Shown in pieces: positions 44,552-64,000 of a DNA stretch of 64,000 bases. Both the position numbers and the translations under genes were made by a program. Origin of the DNA: the human T2T-CHM13v2.0 reference genome, Homo sapiens; NCBI RefSeq assembly GCF_009914755.1, contig NC_060927.1. One strand, written 5' to 3'. The notes under the pieces were generated by a model. It was not told the origin of the DNA. It did no database searches and saw only the letters and a list, made by a program, of their open reading frames with translations. Within the stretch, counting starts at the first letter, position 1; every line of letters starts with the position of its first letter.

Positions 44552-45592
44552 CAGGCATACCCAGTTTTATTGCACGTTGCAGATACTGCATTTGTCACAA
44601 ATTGAAGGTTGTGGTAACTCTGCATCAAGCAAGTGTATCAGTGCCATTTTTCCAATAGCATGTGGTCACTTCATGTCTCTGTATCACATTTTGGTAATTC
44701 TCAAAATATTTCAAACATTTTCATTATTATCGTATCTGTTATGGTGATCTGTGATCAGTGACGTTTGATGTTACTATTGTAATTGTTTGGAGCTGTCATG
44801 AACCACACCGATATAAGGTGGCAAACTTAATGGATAAATGTATGTGTTCTGACCCACCGACCAGCAGTTCCCCATCTCTCTCCCTCTCCTTGTGTCTCCC
44901 TATTCCCTGAGACACAGTATTGAAATTAGGTTAATTAATAACCCTTACAATGGCCTCTATGTGTTCAAATGAAAGGAAGAGTCACACATCTCTCACTTCA
45001 AATCAAAAGCTAGAAATGATTAAGCCTACTGAGGAAGGCATGTTGAAAGCCAAGACAAGTTGAAAGCTAGGCCTCTTTCACCAAACAACCAACTTGTTAA
45101 AACAAAGAAAAAGTTTTTGGAGGAAATTAAAAGTACTACTCCACTGAACGCACCATTGATGAGAAAGTGAAACAGCCTTATTGCTGGTATGGAGAAAGTT
45201 TTTGTACTCTGAATAGAAGATCAAATCGTTAAAAGATGAGGAAATTTCCAGTAGGAAAAAAAGAAGATCAAACCAGCCACAACATTCCCTTAAGCCAAAG
45301 CCTAATCCAGAGAAAGGCCCTCAACATCAAGGCAAGACACTCCACCAGCACAAATATTACAACTTGTTGAAGGATGATATAATCGTTAGCATTTTTTAGT
45401 AATAAAGTATTTTTAATTAGGGTACATACATTGTTTTTTAGACATAATGCTATTCCACACTTAAGGTACAACGTAAACATAACTTTTATATGCACTGGGA
45501 AACCAAAAAATTCATGTGACTTACTTTATTGCAATATTCACTTTATTGTAGTGGTCTGGAACTGAACCCACAATATTTCTGAGGTATGCCTG
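44552..45592 (+). mobile_element. Tigger1, internally deleted
   Basis: CAGGCATACC...GAGGTATGCCTG-TA ends; homologous to the 1162-3675 copy, with the middle missing at ~45321. Confidence 0.9.
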
Positions 45593-46036
45593 TAACAACT
45601 TTGGAGTCAGACAGGCAAGGTCCTAGCTTTCCACTTACTAGTTGTATAAACTTTTCATTTCTCTGAACCTCTGTAATTTCATGTATAAGGAGAATAATGC
45701 TATCTATGTTATGGGTTACTGTGAGGACCAAATAAGAAAATGCACATGAAATACTCAGCACAGTTCCAAAGTAAAATAAATGTTCAATAAAGGGTAGCTA
45801 TTGTCATTCTTTCAACTAAAATTTGAGTGGTGACTCTGTCTCAGGTACACAAGAATAAATCAGTCATAGTCCTGTCCTCATGAATCTCACAGTACAGTTT
45901 CTTGAGCTTTTTGACTGCAACAAAGAAATAACATTTTATATCATGACCCAGTACATATACATGCATTTTATTTAAATATTTAAAACAAAAGGTTCATTAA
46001 ATAGTACTTACTCTTATTACATACAATGTACTATAA

Positions 46037-46334
<298 letters not shown>

Positions 46335-46759
46335 TATGATATTTTCTAGTTTATTTCATCTTGTTTTAAATGCTGATAATTGCCTAATTTCATAACCCAC
46401 TAGTGGGTTATGACCTGTAGTTTAAAAACTACTGTAGGAAAGAATATAGACAAACCAATGATTAGAGCACAGTTTAATAGCCTCTATGATAGATGAAATG
46501 CAGAACACTTAGTACTAAGAGAGAATAAAGGAATAACCAAGCCAGTTCTAAGCAGTTAGAAGTAGTGCTCAGAAAAAAACTTCTTGGAGGACATGCTATC
46601 AAAGTTGAGTTAAAGTTTGAACAAAAAATTTTAAAATACTTTATCCATTATACAAAAAAAATGTTTATTTTGCATCTCTTTATGAAGACACCAATGAAGG
46701 GACAAAAGTAGTAGGTGCAATAAAGAATAAGCCTAGAGAAAAGCTTCAATATATAGAAT

Positions 46760-47125
46760 AGCGGTCAGCAAACTTTTTTTAAAGGACCAGATAGTAATAT
46801 TTTTGGCTTGAGTGCCCAAGTTGCCTTTGTAGTAGTCACAGACAATAAGTAAAAGAATGAGCATGGCTGTGTTCTAATAAAACTTTGTTTACAAAAACTG
46901 AAGCCAGGCACAGTAGCATGTGCCTATGGTCCCAGGTATGCAGGAGGCTGAGGCAGGAGGATCCCTTGAGTCTACCAGTTCAAGACCAGCCTGGGCAACA
47001 TAGCGAGACCCTGTCTTATTTAAAAAAAAAAAAAAAAAAAAAAAAAGGAAACAAAACAAAACACCAAAACTTTGTTCACAAAAACAGGCAGCCACCCTGT
47101 GGACTACAGCTTGCCAAGCTCTGAT
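46760..47125. mobile_element. MER58-type MITE interrupted by an Alu monomer (46903-47047)
   Basis: GGTCAGCAAACTTTT start; duplicated AAAACTTTGTT(T/C)ACAAAAAC around the Alu. Confidence 0.68.
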
Positions 47126-47408
47126 CTAGAAGAAAGAGATTACCAAAAACAGAAAAAAGAAAACCATGCCAAAGTGTTCAATGGCAAATAAACAAATTTG
47201 ATTATTTCTAAGTACCTAGTATACAATACTAAAAAGAAAACAATAAGGATATGTGAAGGAAAAATAACCATTACCATTTTGCTCCTTCAATTTATAGCAA
47301 AGCTGACCCAAAAAAGTATAATCCTGTACATGTAATATTTCAGAAGAGCAGTAAAAGGAGGATTTTATAGAACAGATGGCAAGTGAATGCATGAATAACA
47401 GCACTTAC

Positions 47409-47549
47409 CAATACAACTGCCTTTGGCCTCATGGCTTCCACTCACATTTACAAACATAAGTGGGGAGGATTTCATGATATGCTGGATGAAATCAAGCAAC
47501 ATCACGGAGGTTGGCTGAGAGTCAGTTTTCTTTACAAGTTCTACAGCAA
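47409..47549 (-). CDS. ATR: ATR exon 3 (141 nt)
   Basis: AG/GT bounded; [46 protein letters not shown] (in ORF 47365..47568). Confidence 0.96.
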
Positions 47550-47624
47550 CTAAAACAATAAGATTCATTTTAAAGAGTCATGACAAATTAAACAATGGTC
47601 CTTTTGTTAAGAAACCAGACTGTG

Positions 47625-48362
<738 letters not shown>

Positions 48363-49350
48363 TAAAAATCACATGCATTCCTCTACCATACATCTATTTA
48401 TCAAACATGTACTTCAGGAATAATATGCCAGGCAATGCTAAAATCTAAGGATTAAAAAAAAGTTCTCACAATCCAGTGGGGCGCCAAACAAACCAACTAA
48501 TAATTATAATACAATATGGTAACAGCACTAATCCAGAATAAGGAGAAACAGGTATCTGGGAGGACACTGTGAAGGAAATGATTCCTAGATGAGGAGTTGG
48601 TCAGAGAGGGGAAGGGCAAGTAGTCTAAACGGAGGGAATATGAATACGATACAAAAACACATCTTGTAAGTATTCAGTAGTCCTTTGTTATTTTTCAGCA
48701 ACCCATCATTTTACTGATTGAAAAAGAAAGGATTAATGGCTAGTCTAAGTCATAAAATCTGCGCCAAATTTGGAATCCAAATTATAAACCCTGAGCCTAA
48801 TGCCATTTTATATTATCCCTCCCATGTAATTTCAACAGATATGACAAATGTGACACCATCTTGCCAGGTTGGTAATATTCTGTCTAGCAGATTGGCACAA
48901 ACAGGCAATAATTGATTCAGTAACTCACATAATCCTATAATCTCCTATAGGCACAGGCATGAACCTACTTAAAGAGTAACTTACTTAAAGAGGTTTTTTT
49001 GGGTGGCATTTGCTATTAGTCTACCACTGGCATAACAGCTAACCAAAATAGGGTCCACATGATTGGTACTGGACAAATATTTTTACATATAATATCCAAT
49101 ATTAAAGAACTCATAGCAAGCAGTAGAAAATCTAGATAACAAACAGGAAAAGAGAATTATTTTAAAAGCCTAATTCAAATTTTGTAACAAGCAATAAGCA
49201 ATACTGATTAACAAATAACTTGCTTGAAAATAGTAACTATCATAAATACTCCATATCTAAAACTACATGGAGAAAATGCTACTATAATTTATACATGGAA
49301 AAGAAAAGTCTAATTTATAAAGTTTATATAAGAAATAATTGGTTTCTTAC

Positions 49351-49442
49351 CAACATTTACATCTGTAAGTATCCGGTCAATGAATTGACACAGAATTTGT
49401 CTTGGCTTCTGTACAACTGTATTATATTCCTCTGGTGTGGCA
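49351..49442 (-). CDS. ATR: ATR exon 2 (92 nt)
   Basis: ttttag|TGCC...GTTG|gtaag; (S)[30 protein letters not shown]. Confidence 0.96.
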
Positions 49443-49752
49443 CTAAAATACAAATTAAAAGCTTTTAATCCTTAAAGTGACTCAGTTTCATTTGCAAAAA
49501 AAATTTCTCTAAAGTAGAACTCATCAAATGTGTTCAGTGTCAATGTTGATATTCACAGTATTCTTCTGTTTAAAAATTGAAAAGAAAATCTGAATATGTT
49601 ACCAACTTACAAGAAAAAAAAGAATATGCTAAGTAATACTAAAGAGATCCAATCAGCAAAGCCTAGACCTGAACTTCTCAATATGGTGGCCACTAGCTAC
49701 AAGTAACTAGGGAGAACTTGAAATGTGATTAGTACAAATTGAAATGTGCTAT

Positions 49753-50469
49753 TGATGGCAGTGGCAGCCCAGTTGGAGCGGTGAGGAAGGTGGTGCTAGG
49801 GCTGCTCTCTCCAGGGCGCTAGTGGGCAGAAGCCCCGCCCCCTTCTGAGGTGCAAGACAGGTGGAAGCCCCGCCCCCTTCCGAGTTGCAGGGTCGGGAGC
49901 CCAGCCATCCTGGGTGCAGCTGCAGCCGCCCAACCACGGCTGCAAACCCAGGCATCCCTGCTCTTTCCAGGGCCGGGAAGGCCCCCTGCCCTCACAGACT
50001 TGGAAATGCCTGCTCCCGCTGCCTGGCCTCTCCCCGCTCCCGGCACCCACACCAATTTCGGAGCAAAGTTGTGGGGGAGCCCAGGTGTTGTCAGGACCAG
50101 GCCGCGTGTGCATGTGCTCAGGACGGCACTGACACACCAGCCCCCTGCTGCCTCATCTCCCTCTGGACTTTGGGCAGGCCAAGCGGTAGGCTGAGGGCAG
50201 CTCAATATGGGCCTGCAGGCGCCCCTCGGCACGAACAGCCTCGGTGTAGTGGGTGGCAGGTTGATGGCAGCAGGAAGTAGGCTCCTGGGAGGAAAGGGGT
50301 GGGTCCCCAGTGAAGACCCACCTTCAAGCCAGGAACAGCTTGAAGCCTGGAAGCCTGGCTGCCAGTTACACGGACCACAGCGAGAACTTAGGGTGCTTTT
50401 TCCAGGCCCACCCATGACTGCCTATGGACCAATTAGCATTCACTTCCTCCCTTCTGAAGCACATAAAAA

Positions 50470-50470
<1 letters not shown>
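49753..50470 (+). mobile_element. MER52-family ERV1 LTR, 5' (U3) part
   Basis: begins TGATGGCAG; GC-rich body with AAGCCCCGCCCCCTTC motifs; CCAAT 50429 and CATAAAA 50462, then abrupt end. Confidence 0.8.
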
Positions 50471-52045
<1,575 letters not shown>

Positions 52046-52473
52046 CTTTTAAAATTTTCCTGTAGCAGTAAAGAGAGAAGCCAGATTGCAAGGGGCTGAA
52101 AATCTAATGAAATGTGAATACTGAGAATAGCGGGTTCTTTCCAAAGCTTGATCATGAAATGAAGAGAAGTAGAGTTGGTGATAACTAAAGAACTGTATGA
52201 GATCAAGAGGGCTTTGTTTTGTTTCTCCCTTATAATGGAAAGACCTAAGCAACCAATTCTTGAGATGTGACTCCTCTTCTTGGAACCAGATATAAGTAAA
52301 AAGACAATCCTTGGACAGGAGGGTAACTCTTTCATAAACATAGAAAGAATGGATGGGTACAGACGCAAATAATTTAATAAATTCAAAAGGCAAGTAAAAC
52401 AAGATCCTCTGCTTCAAAGAACTCAGAATAGTTGCTGGGGAGAGGAGAGGAATGCACTTAAATAATCAAAAGC

Positions 52474-55763
<3,290 letters not shown>

Positions 55764-56501
55764 TCACAGGAGTGAGCACTTCTTATTTTGTGACTTCTAC
55801 CCTGGAACTGAGCTAAGAGGGTATAACTTTTCAAAAGCATACTATAAAATTTGAGTATTAATGTAAGTATTATATAAAGCTTAGGCACCTCCTCTGAGGT
55901 AAGCATCAAATACCAGGATAACCAAGACAGAATGCACCTGCCCTAAAATAATTTGCAGATTAAAGGACAAACAAGAGGTAATTATGGTTAAGAACTGACA
56001 GGCCCAAGAAAGAACACAAAGGGACACTCAGCCCTGAGCAGGGCCCTGTCAGTCATGGCTTCCTTAACGAGGTGATACAAAACTGACTCCCTAAGGGACA
56101 AGGCAGTGAAATAAGGGTAAGAGGGAGGGTAGTCCAAGCACTGGAAACTGTAAGAGGCTCTATGTGGCTAAAGCCTTTAGAGATGCAGCTGAAGAGGGAA
56201 GATAAGGTTAAATTTCAAAGGACTGGCTAAGTAGTTTGGATTTTACACTGAAGGCAATGTGTAAGCACTGAAGGATTTTAAGGAAGTAAAAATTAAGCAA
56301 GTTTTAAAAAACTTGCTTATTTCCCTGTTTAAAAGATTCCAATGGTTTCCCATCACACAATAAAATCTCACTCCTTTTTCTAGCCTCCAAGGTGCTGAAG
56401 GATGTGGCCCTTGCCTACCCCTCCCTGTTTAACTCATACCACTCCCCTCTTTACTCCCTGTGCTCCAGCCTTCTTACTATCCTTTTAAAAGTAGGCTCAT
56501 T

Positions 56502-56755
56502 CAGCCTTGGCATGGTGGCTGAGGTGGGTGCATCACTTGAGGTCAGGAGTTGGAGACAACCTGTGCAACATGGTAAAACCCCATCTTCACTAACAATATA
56601 AAAATTAGCTCGGTGGTGCAAGCCTGTAGTCCCAGCTACAGGAAAGGGAGGCTGAGACAGGAAAATCGCTTGAACCCGGGAGGCAGAGGTTGCAGTGAGC
56701 AGAGATCACGCCACTGGAGAGGGCGAGACTCCGTCTCAAAAAAAAAAAAAAAAAA
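56502..56755 (+). mobile_element. Alu (internally deleted)
   Basis: TSD AAAAG(T/C)AGGCTCATT. Confidence 0.85.
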
Positions 56756-56939
56756 GCAGGCTCATTCCCACTTATGGGCCTTTGTACTTCCTATTCCATC
56801 CCAGATTCACGTGACTAGCTTCTTTACACCATCAAATCTCCTCTAGTGGCTAATGCTGCTGCTCCTCAGAACCTCCTCCACATCCCACTGTTCCATTTAA
56901 CATTTTAATAGCAACTATCACATTTGAAAATGTCTTACA

Positions 56940-57830
56940 ACTACAAAGCAATCTCAAGTAGGAAAATCAGAGAAGGTGATTCTGAAATGACATCTAAATG
57001 AAACCATCCAGTGTTCAGATAGAAGGAACAGCAAACGATTAAAGGCAGGAACAGCCTTGGTATCCTGGAGAAACAAGGTCAGTATCACTAGAGTAAAGTA
57101 AGCAAAAGAGGGATAAAAGGTGATGAAGTCAGAGGCAGGCTGAGCCAGATTATGTAGAACCTTAGAGGCCTTGGTAAGGAGTTTGGATTTTATACTGATT
57201 TTAAGTGTGCTGGAATGTCAAAGGACGGTTTTGTGCAGGGGAACTTACAATATGACTAATAGATGAAAAATCACTTTACTGAGTGGAAAATCTATTATAA
57301 GTAGGTAAAAGTAGAAATGGAAAGATCAACTAAGGTTACTGTAATAGTTCAGGTAAGAAATTCTGGTGGTAGCAGTGGAGACAGTGAGAAGTGTTAGATT
57401 CTAGATGTATCTTAAACATATGGTTGTCAGAACTAACTTATGGATTATTAAGCGACAAGGGAAAAAAACCAAGGATGACTCCTAGGCTTTTGGTTGGCAT
57501 ATTTACGATAACACAGGAGAAGGAACAAATTCAAGGGCGCAGTAAATCAGGCGTTCTGCTTTGGATATGTTAATTTTCACTTCCCAGTGTGGATGTTGAG
57601 TAAGCAACCTAATATATATCTCCGATCTAGAAATATAAATTTGGGAGTTATCAGCATATGGATGACATTTAAAGCCATGAGATTAGGTAAGATTACTTGG
57701 GAAGACAGCACAGATTAAAAGAGGGCCAAGGACATAGACTGAAAGCACATGTGAAAATAGTTAAGAATGACTTCTAGATTTCCAGTTTGGAGAACTAAGT
57801 GAATATGGTGCCATGTACTGAGATATCTCT
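56940..57830. mobile_element. L2 fragment
   Basis: GGCCTTGGTAAGGAGTTTGGATTTTA and ATTTAAAGCCATGAGA motifs. Confidence 0.6.
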
Positions 57831-59639
57831 ACTTCAATGAATAAGAGAAAAATAATTTTTTTAATTTAAAAAAAGAAAGCTTGTGAAAGCTAGGACATGT
57901 GGGGAATTTGTATTGGATATTCTGAACCTTAACTACACATAGGACACTCAGTGAAACTACCAGTATACAGTAAATATACAATTCTATAGAAGACATGATT
58001 TGGAGAAACATATTAGTAGTCATCAAATAGCAGATTATAGTTGAAGGCAGGAGAGTGGAAAGGTCATTTAGCAAGATTATGCAGAGCAGACTGCTAATAG
58101 CAAAAAAACAATAGGACAAAATTTATCTGAGGGACTGAGGAAGAGCAGCCCATAAATTAGAACACTAATATCTTTTTTTTTCAGTAGTCTAATTGCCATA
58201 GTCAATTAAGAGGAAACATTTTGGAAGAAAAGGCCTTGAAAGCTTGAATCTGAAACCTAGCTCTGTTATCTGCTAGCTGTGCCTTTGGTTCTTCAACTTC
58301 TCTGTCCCTTTTTCTTAAACAGTGGTAACACTTGTTTCATTCTATGTCATGGATATACTATGAAAATTGATTAGCTTTTTTGATTCAAGTAGTTGTAATG
58401 AAAAAGCCATGACAATTAAAAACTATTAGACAACTCTCTGTGGGTCAGTTTTTCTATTCTTTCTCTTGGAATAGCTACAAATAAATGAAAGGTAACATAA
58501 ACTCTACTGATGAAACCGACTATATATAATCCAAGAACCAATTATTTTTATTAACAGGACTCACGGAGGAAGACAGAAGAGGGAAGAGAAGTATTAACCA
58601 GTTAATTCTACTTTAAAGCAAAGTGGCAAAAATATACTCAGCTTCACAATGAGCCTGAAAGATGAAATTTGTAAACCAACTTCCTACAATGATCACTTTT
58701 CTTCCTCTTCTTTTAGAGAGGTAGAGGTTATTTTATAAACTAAACACAAAGTATACTTGCCACAGATAAGTGGAAAAAATTCACACACTCAAAAATAGTG
58801 ATGCAGTTACGACAAGAATGGTCCCTTCATTTATCCTTTTATTCATATATTGAGACTAGATTATTTGGATGGCCAACCAGTGGAAATGAACACAACTGCG
58901 CTGCAAAAAGAAAGAGAAGTAGCTATCCCATTGGCTTAATGTCAGCTTTGACTTTGTGTGGAAAGTTTTCAAACAGTTTAAGAAATTGGGAAGCAGTTAT
59001 TCCAAATGATAATTTAACTGCGGTAGCAGCACAAGCTTATTTATTTCTTGTTCGCAGTAGTGTAGAATTAAAACAAACAAAGCAAAACAAGCTCTACCGA
59101 GTCTTTAGGCCTGGTTCAGGGAAGCCTGCCTGTGTATTGAAGAGGTGTGAGAGCCATCAACACCTCTCCCTCCTTGTGGTAAGATACTGGTTTTCATGAG
59201 GTTTACAGACAACATGCATTTGCAAATGAAATATTAAATTGTCTCCAAATTTTGGCAACACTCTGTGCACGCTGAGATTTTGTGGACCCAGGGGTCTATC
59301 TCTCCAATTTCTGACTAAAATAACGGATCGGGAACTGGACGATCAATACGAGGGAGGTCACATCTTCAGTATGTACTATGACTTCACTTCAAAGAAAAAA
59401 ACTGCCTTTTCCAGCAAGTGATGTCACTTGCAGAAAATGAGAAGCGGTGATTTTCTTTCAAGGGCAGTTTGGGGACAAAATGTAAGGCTAAAAACCAATT
59501 CCTCCACGAGTGATCACAAAGAACAGAAACTGATGGGTCAAGTCCCTCGTCTAAGGAAAAAGATTTTCGAGAAGAAAATGAGTGTAGAAAAGTGACCAGA
59601 AAGCGATCAGCAGGGACTCTTCCTCCAGCTGCAGGAAGC

Positions 59640-60360
59640 AAACTCTCGATCGGGGTGAGTGGTAAACCAGGGCCGGCAGACGCCTCTCTCCCCCACGGAC
59701 CGGCTTCCCGCAGGTTTGTGGCGACTGCCCCATGTGCTATCAACGGGCACTCTGAGGGAGAAGCGCCCAAATCAGCCACGGAGCATCTCCACAAGGGCCG
59801 CAGCGGGGGCTTAGGGGATCCCAGCCATAGCGCAGCAGGGGAGGGGAGAGCACGTGAAACCCAAGCCGGAATCAGCGGAGGAGGATGCAGGACCCAGGCT
59901 GGGCCTAGCCCTACCTGCCCAGCTCCCGCAGGGCGGGGATCATGGAAGCCAGCTCCAGGCCATGTTCCCCCATGCTGAGGCTGCGAGGCACTAGTCAACC
60001 ACGCCAACGCGGGTTCCCGGCGTCTCCAAAGCTACCGCTGCCGGAAGAGCGCGGCGCCCGACGGAGCCGTGTGGAGGCCAAAACTCCTCCCGGAAGCCGC
60101 TACTGGCCCCGCTTGCCAGGCCCAGCGTCTTTTCTGCATAGGACCCGGGGGAAGCCGGGAAGCCGTTAGGGGGCGGGGCAAGCGGGCGGGCGTGCGTCGG
60201 TCAAGTTTCCCGGGTCGCGTCAGGCTTCTTTCTCAGCACCGAGCGAGCGACGTTCGTGAAGCTTTCGTTTTGAGCGGCCAGACTCTGCTGTTCTCAAGCC
60301 TGGGAGGCACAGAGAAGCAAGACTTCCGCATCGGGGGAGGATAGGGCTTGAGGGCCGCCA
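59640..60360. promoter_or_regulatory. ATR: ATR CpG-island, TATA-less promoter / 5'UTR
   Basis: CpG-dense island spanning exon 1; GC box GGGGCGGGGC ~60170-60179; ETS/GABP-type CCGGAAG at 60041 and 60090; strong Kozak CTCAGCATGG on - strand; no upstream ATG in the ~120 nt 5' of the start codon. Confidence 0.85.
59915..59973 (-). CDS. ATR: ATR exon 1 (coding part, 59 nt)
   Basis: ATG at 59973; MGEHGLELASMIPALRELG; donor AG|GTAG. Confidence 0.97.
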
Positions 60361-61070
60361 GCCCAGACTCGCTTCACAAATGTGAGAACTATGACAGTCC
60401 AGCGAGTAAAGGCCAAGAGTAAACTCCAGGTTTCCCCAGAGTAACGCTCTCACATTTTAAAAGTTCCTCACGTTCCCACCGCTCTTGTCCCTCTTTCTGA
60501 GAGATACAGGCCAAAAGGTGGGCTCTCCCTGTTTTTTTCCTTTTAAGCATTTTTTTTCAACTTGAAGTCACTGTTAGGTTTCGTTGAGGACCCTACCAAC
60601 TTTTAATATTTGAAAATGGGGTTGGAATATATTTGTGTCTCATCAAATCAGCAACAGTACTGTGTGTGGAAATGCCACCATTACGGGCATCCGCAACCTG
60701 TGATTTAATTTTTAAAGTAAATCAATGGATTTTGGCAATACACATTTTCTAGCTCAACTCAATTTATTGGAAAGATGACCACCATAAGAGATTGTTGACA
60801 TGTCAAAGTTATGTAGTTAATCACTCAAAGTCATGCAGTATGTTTACATTTGTTCTTTGGTACATGAGGATAGTTAACCGATACAGTATCTTAAAGAAAA
60901 AAGTGATGGAATGACAGCCAAATATGCTCTTGCCTCAAGAACTTTGCATTTGCTGTACTCTCTGCCTTGAACACCACTCTGTCATTGCCCTTTTTCCTTC
61001 AGGTGTTTGCCAAATTAACACCAAAGAGCCTCATATAGACTAACATATATACACATTCTGTCTCACCCTC

Positions 61071-61389
61071 TTTTTTTTGTTAGATACATTGTCTTACTCT
61101 GTTGTTCAGGTTCTAGTGCAATGAATGTTGCAATCATAGCTCACTGCAGCCTCAATCTCCCAGGCTCAAGCGATCCTCTCACCTCAGCCTGGGCTCAATT
61201 GATCCTCCTGCCTCAGCCTCCTGAGTAGCTGGGACTACAGACATGCCACCACGCCTGGCTAATTATTTTTTGTAGAGACAAGGTCTTGCTATGTTGCCCA
61301 GGCTGGTCTCAAACTCTTGGCCTCACACGCTCCTCCCACCTCAGCCTTCCAAAGTACTAGAATTAGAGGTGAGAGCCACCACACCCGGA
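61071..61389 (-). mobile_element. AluJ with a short internal duplication
   Basis: GGCTCAA..GATCCTC..CCTCAGCCT occurs twice. Confidence 0.82.
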
Positions 61390-62103
61390 CATACTATATT
61401 ATTGTCTCTCTCCAGTTAGAGTGTAAGCTCTTGGAGAGCAAGGTCTTGTCTATTTTGTTCACTCTCAGATACCCAGGACCTAAAACTGTGCCTGGCACAT
61501 AGGTGGTGTTCAGTAAACATTTGTTGAATGAATCACTGAATGTTTTAGGAGAAAGGACATGGGATTGGGAGTTACAGGCCCTACACAAGTTCTCATTCCA
61601 TCTGCTAGAAACTATATGACCTCAGTAAAGTTACTTAATCTCTTAATACTTCCATTTTTTCATTTATAAAATGGGATTAATAATGTCTACCTCACAAGAT
61701 TACAGCAAAGATTAAATAAGAGGGGGTAAAGTCATAAAGTGGAATATAATTTCATAGTTAAAATGAATGAATTATACTACCTATACCAACGATGAATCCT
61801 GAAAACTACATTGATTGAAAAAGCAAATTCAAAGGTATACATAATAGTGTCATATCATTTATATACAATCTTAAAACCACAAAACAATGCGTTGTGTGAG
61901 TTATGTATACAAATATGTTTGATAAAAGTATGAAAACATGTTTGGCAAAGATAGATATCAACTCCAGGATAGTTGCACCTGTGGAAGGGAGAGAAGGGAA
62001 TGAAATGATGAAGCTTCAATGTATCCCTAAGGGTTTTCTTTTAGTAGGATTTGAATTAATTATTATTTAATCAAAATTTAATGTTATATTTGGGTGGATG
62101 TTA

Positions 62104-62668
<565 letters not shown>

Positions 62669-63248
62669 TCAAAAAGGCCAGGTACAAGAGGAAGTACTCG
62701 GGTACTAAATCCAGAATTAAAAAGAAGAAAGTCCAGACTTGAAAAAGGAAAAGGTTCTTGCCATTGCTACAAAACCAGTTGGTGGCAACAAGAATGGTGA
62801 TACTTTTTGCAAAGTAAACCCTACAAAATGCCTAGATCCTTCCAAAGATGTGCCTGGAAAGCTGCTGTTGAGCCACAGAAAAAACAAACAGAAACACTTC
62901 AGTCAGCACAGAGAAAACTGCAAACTAGCTTCTCTCCTGGGATCATTCTGCTTATCCTCACTGGGCACCACAAAGGCAAGAGGGTGGTTTTACTGGAGCA
63001 GCTGAGGAGTGGCTTGTTAATTGTGACTGGACCTCTGGTCCTCATTCACATTCTGTGGGAAACACACCAGAGGTCATCACAAAATTGAAATCAGCAATGT
63101 GAAAATTCCAAAACATCTTACCAATGCTTGCTTAAGAAGATGATGCTATGGAAGCCCAAATACTGGGAAAGTGACATCGTCAACACAGAAAGAGAGTAAT
63201 AGAAGATTATGGAGCAATGCAAGGTTGATCAGAAAGCTGTGGACTCGT

Positions 63249-63582
<334 letters not shown>

Positions 63583-64000
63583 TCAAAGCTATTCCTTAGC
63601 TCCAGGGCTACCTGTAATCTGTGTTTGCTCTGATGAATGGAGTTTATCCTAGCAAATAGGTGTTCTAAATGTCTTACCAAGAACCTAATTAAATAACTGA
63701 TGCATTTAAAAACTAAAATAAGTATACTTTTAAGCTTAAATAACACATCTGAAAAATAGTTTAAAAATACCAAATTTTAGCTATTTTTAGAACATATGAA
63801 GAAAGATTATAAAAATTAGAATGCTATCTGGAAGGCAATAGCTAAATAGCATGGTAATTCTAAAAAGCAGTATAAATTTGCAAGCCTTATAAATAATAGA
63901 GCCTCAGAAATCCCATTTAATTCAAAAAGTCATTTTGGGCAAGATATTGGGTTAGGTACTTCTGTGACAGACACAAAAATGAGGAAGATGAAGTTAGTTT

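Noticed and set aside
59384-60453. 207-aa and other ORFs over exon 1 and the promoter
   Set aside because: CpG-island artefacts, mostly non-ATG starts and out of frame with ATR

Overview
Human (hominoid) genomic DNA containing the 5' part of ATR (ATR serine/threonine kinase, PIKK family) on the minus strand. I traced the CpG-island promoter and coding exons 1-24 by GT/AG junctions and a continuous frame: 4382 coding nt, about aa 1-1460, N-terminal HEAT-repeat region. The FAT and kinase exons lie beyond the left edge. An Alu-interrupted RPL6 processed pseudogene sits about 2 kb upstream on the + strand. The introns hold about 35 Alus plus L1, L2, MIR, two Tigger1 copies, MER85, MER52, MSTB and hAT MITEs. 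Most supplied ORFs are repeat-derived noise. I see no evidence for a wholly new gene system. The best leads are: an L1PA whose intact 5' tip is fused to its 3' end between TSDs; a MER85 (CSB-PGBD3 target family) with a symmetry-preserving palindrome; inverted Alus around the skippable exon 6 and around exons 9-10; a perfect 40-bp local templated copy; and several TSD-flanked micro-retroinsertions of unidentified RNA. Repeat subfamily names and variant numbering come from memory of consensus sequences and need RepeatMasker/BLAST confirmation.
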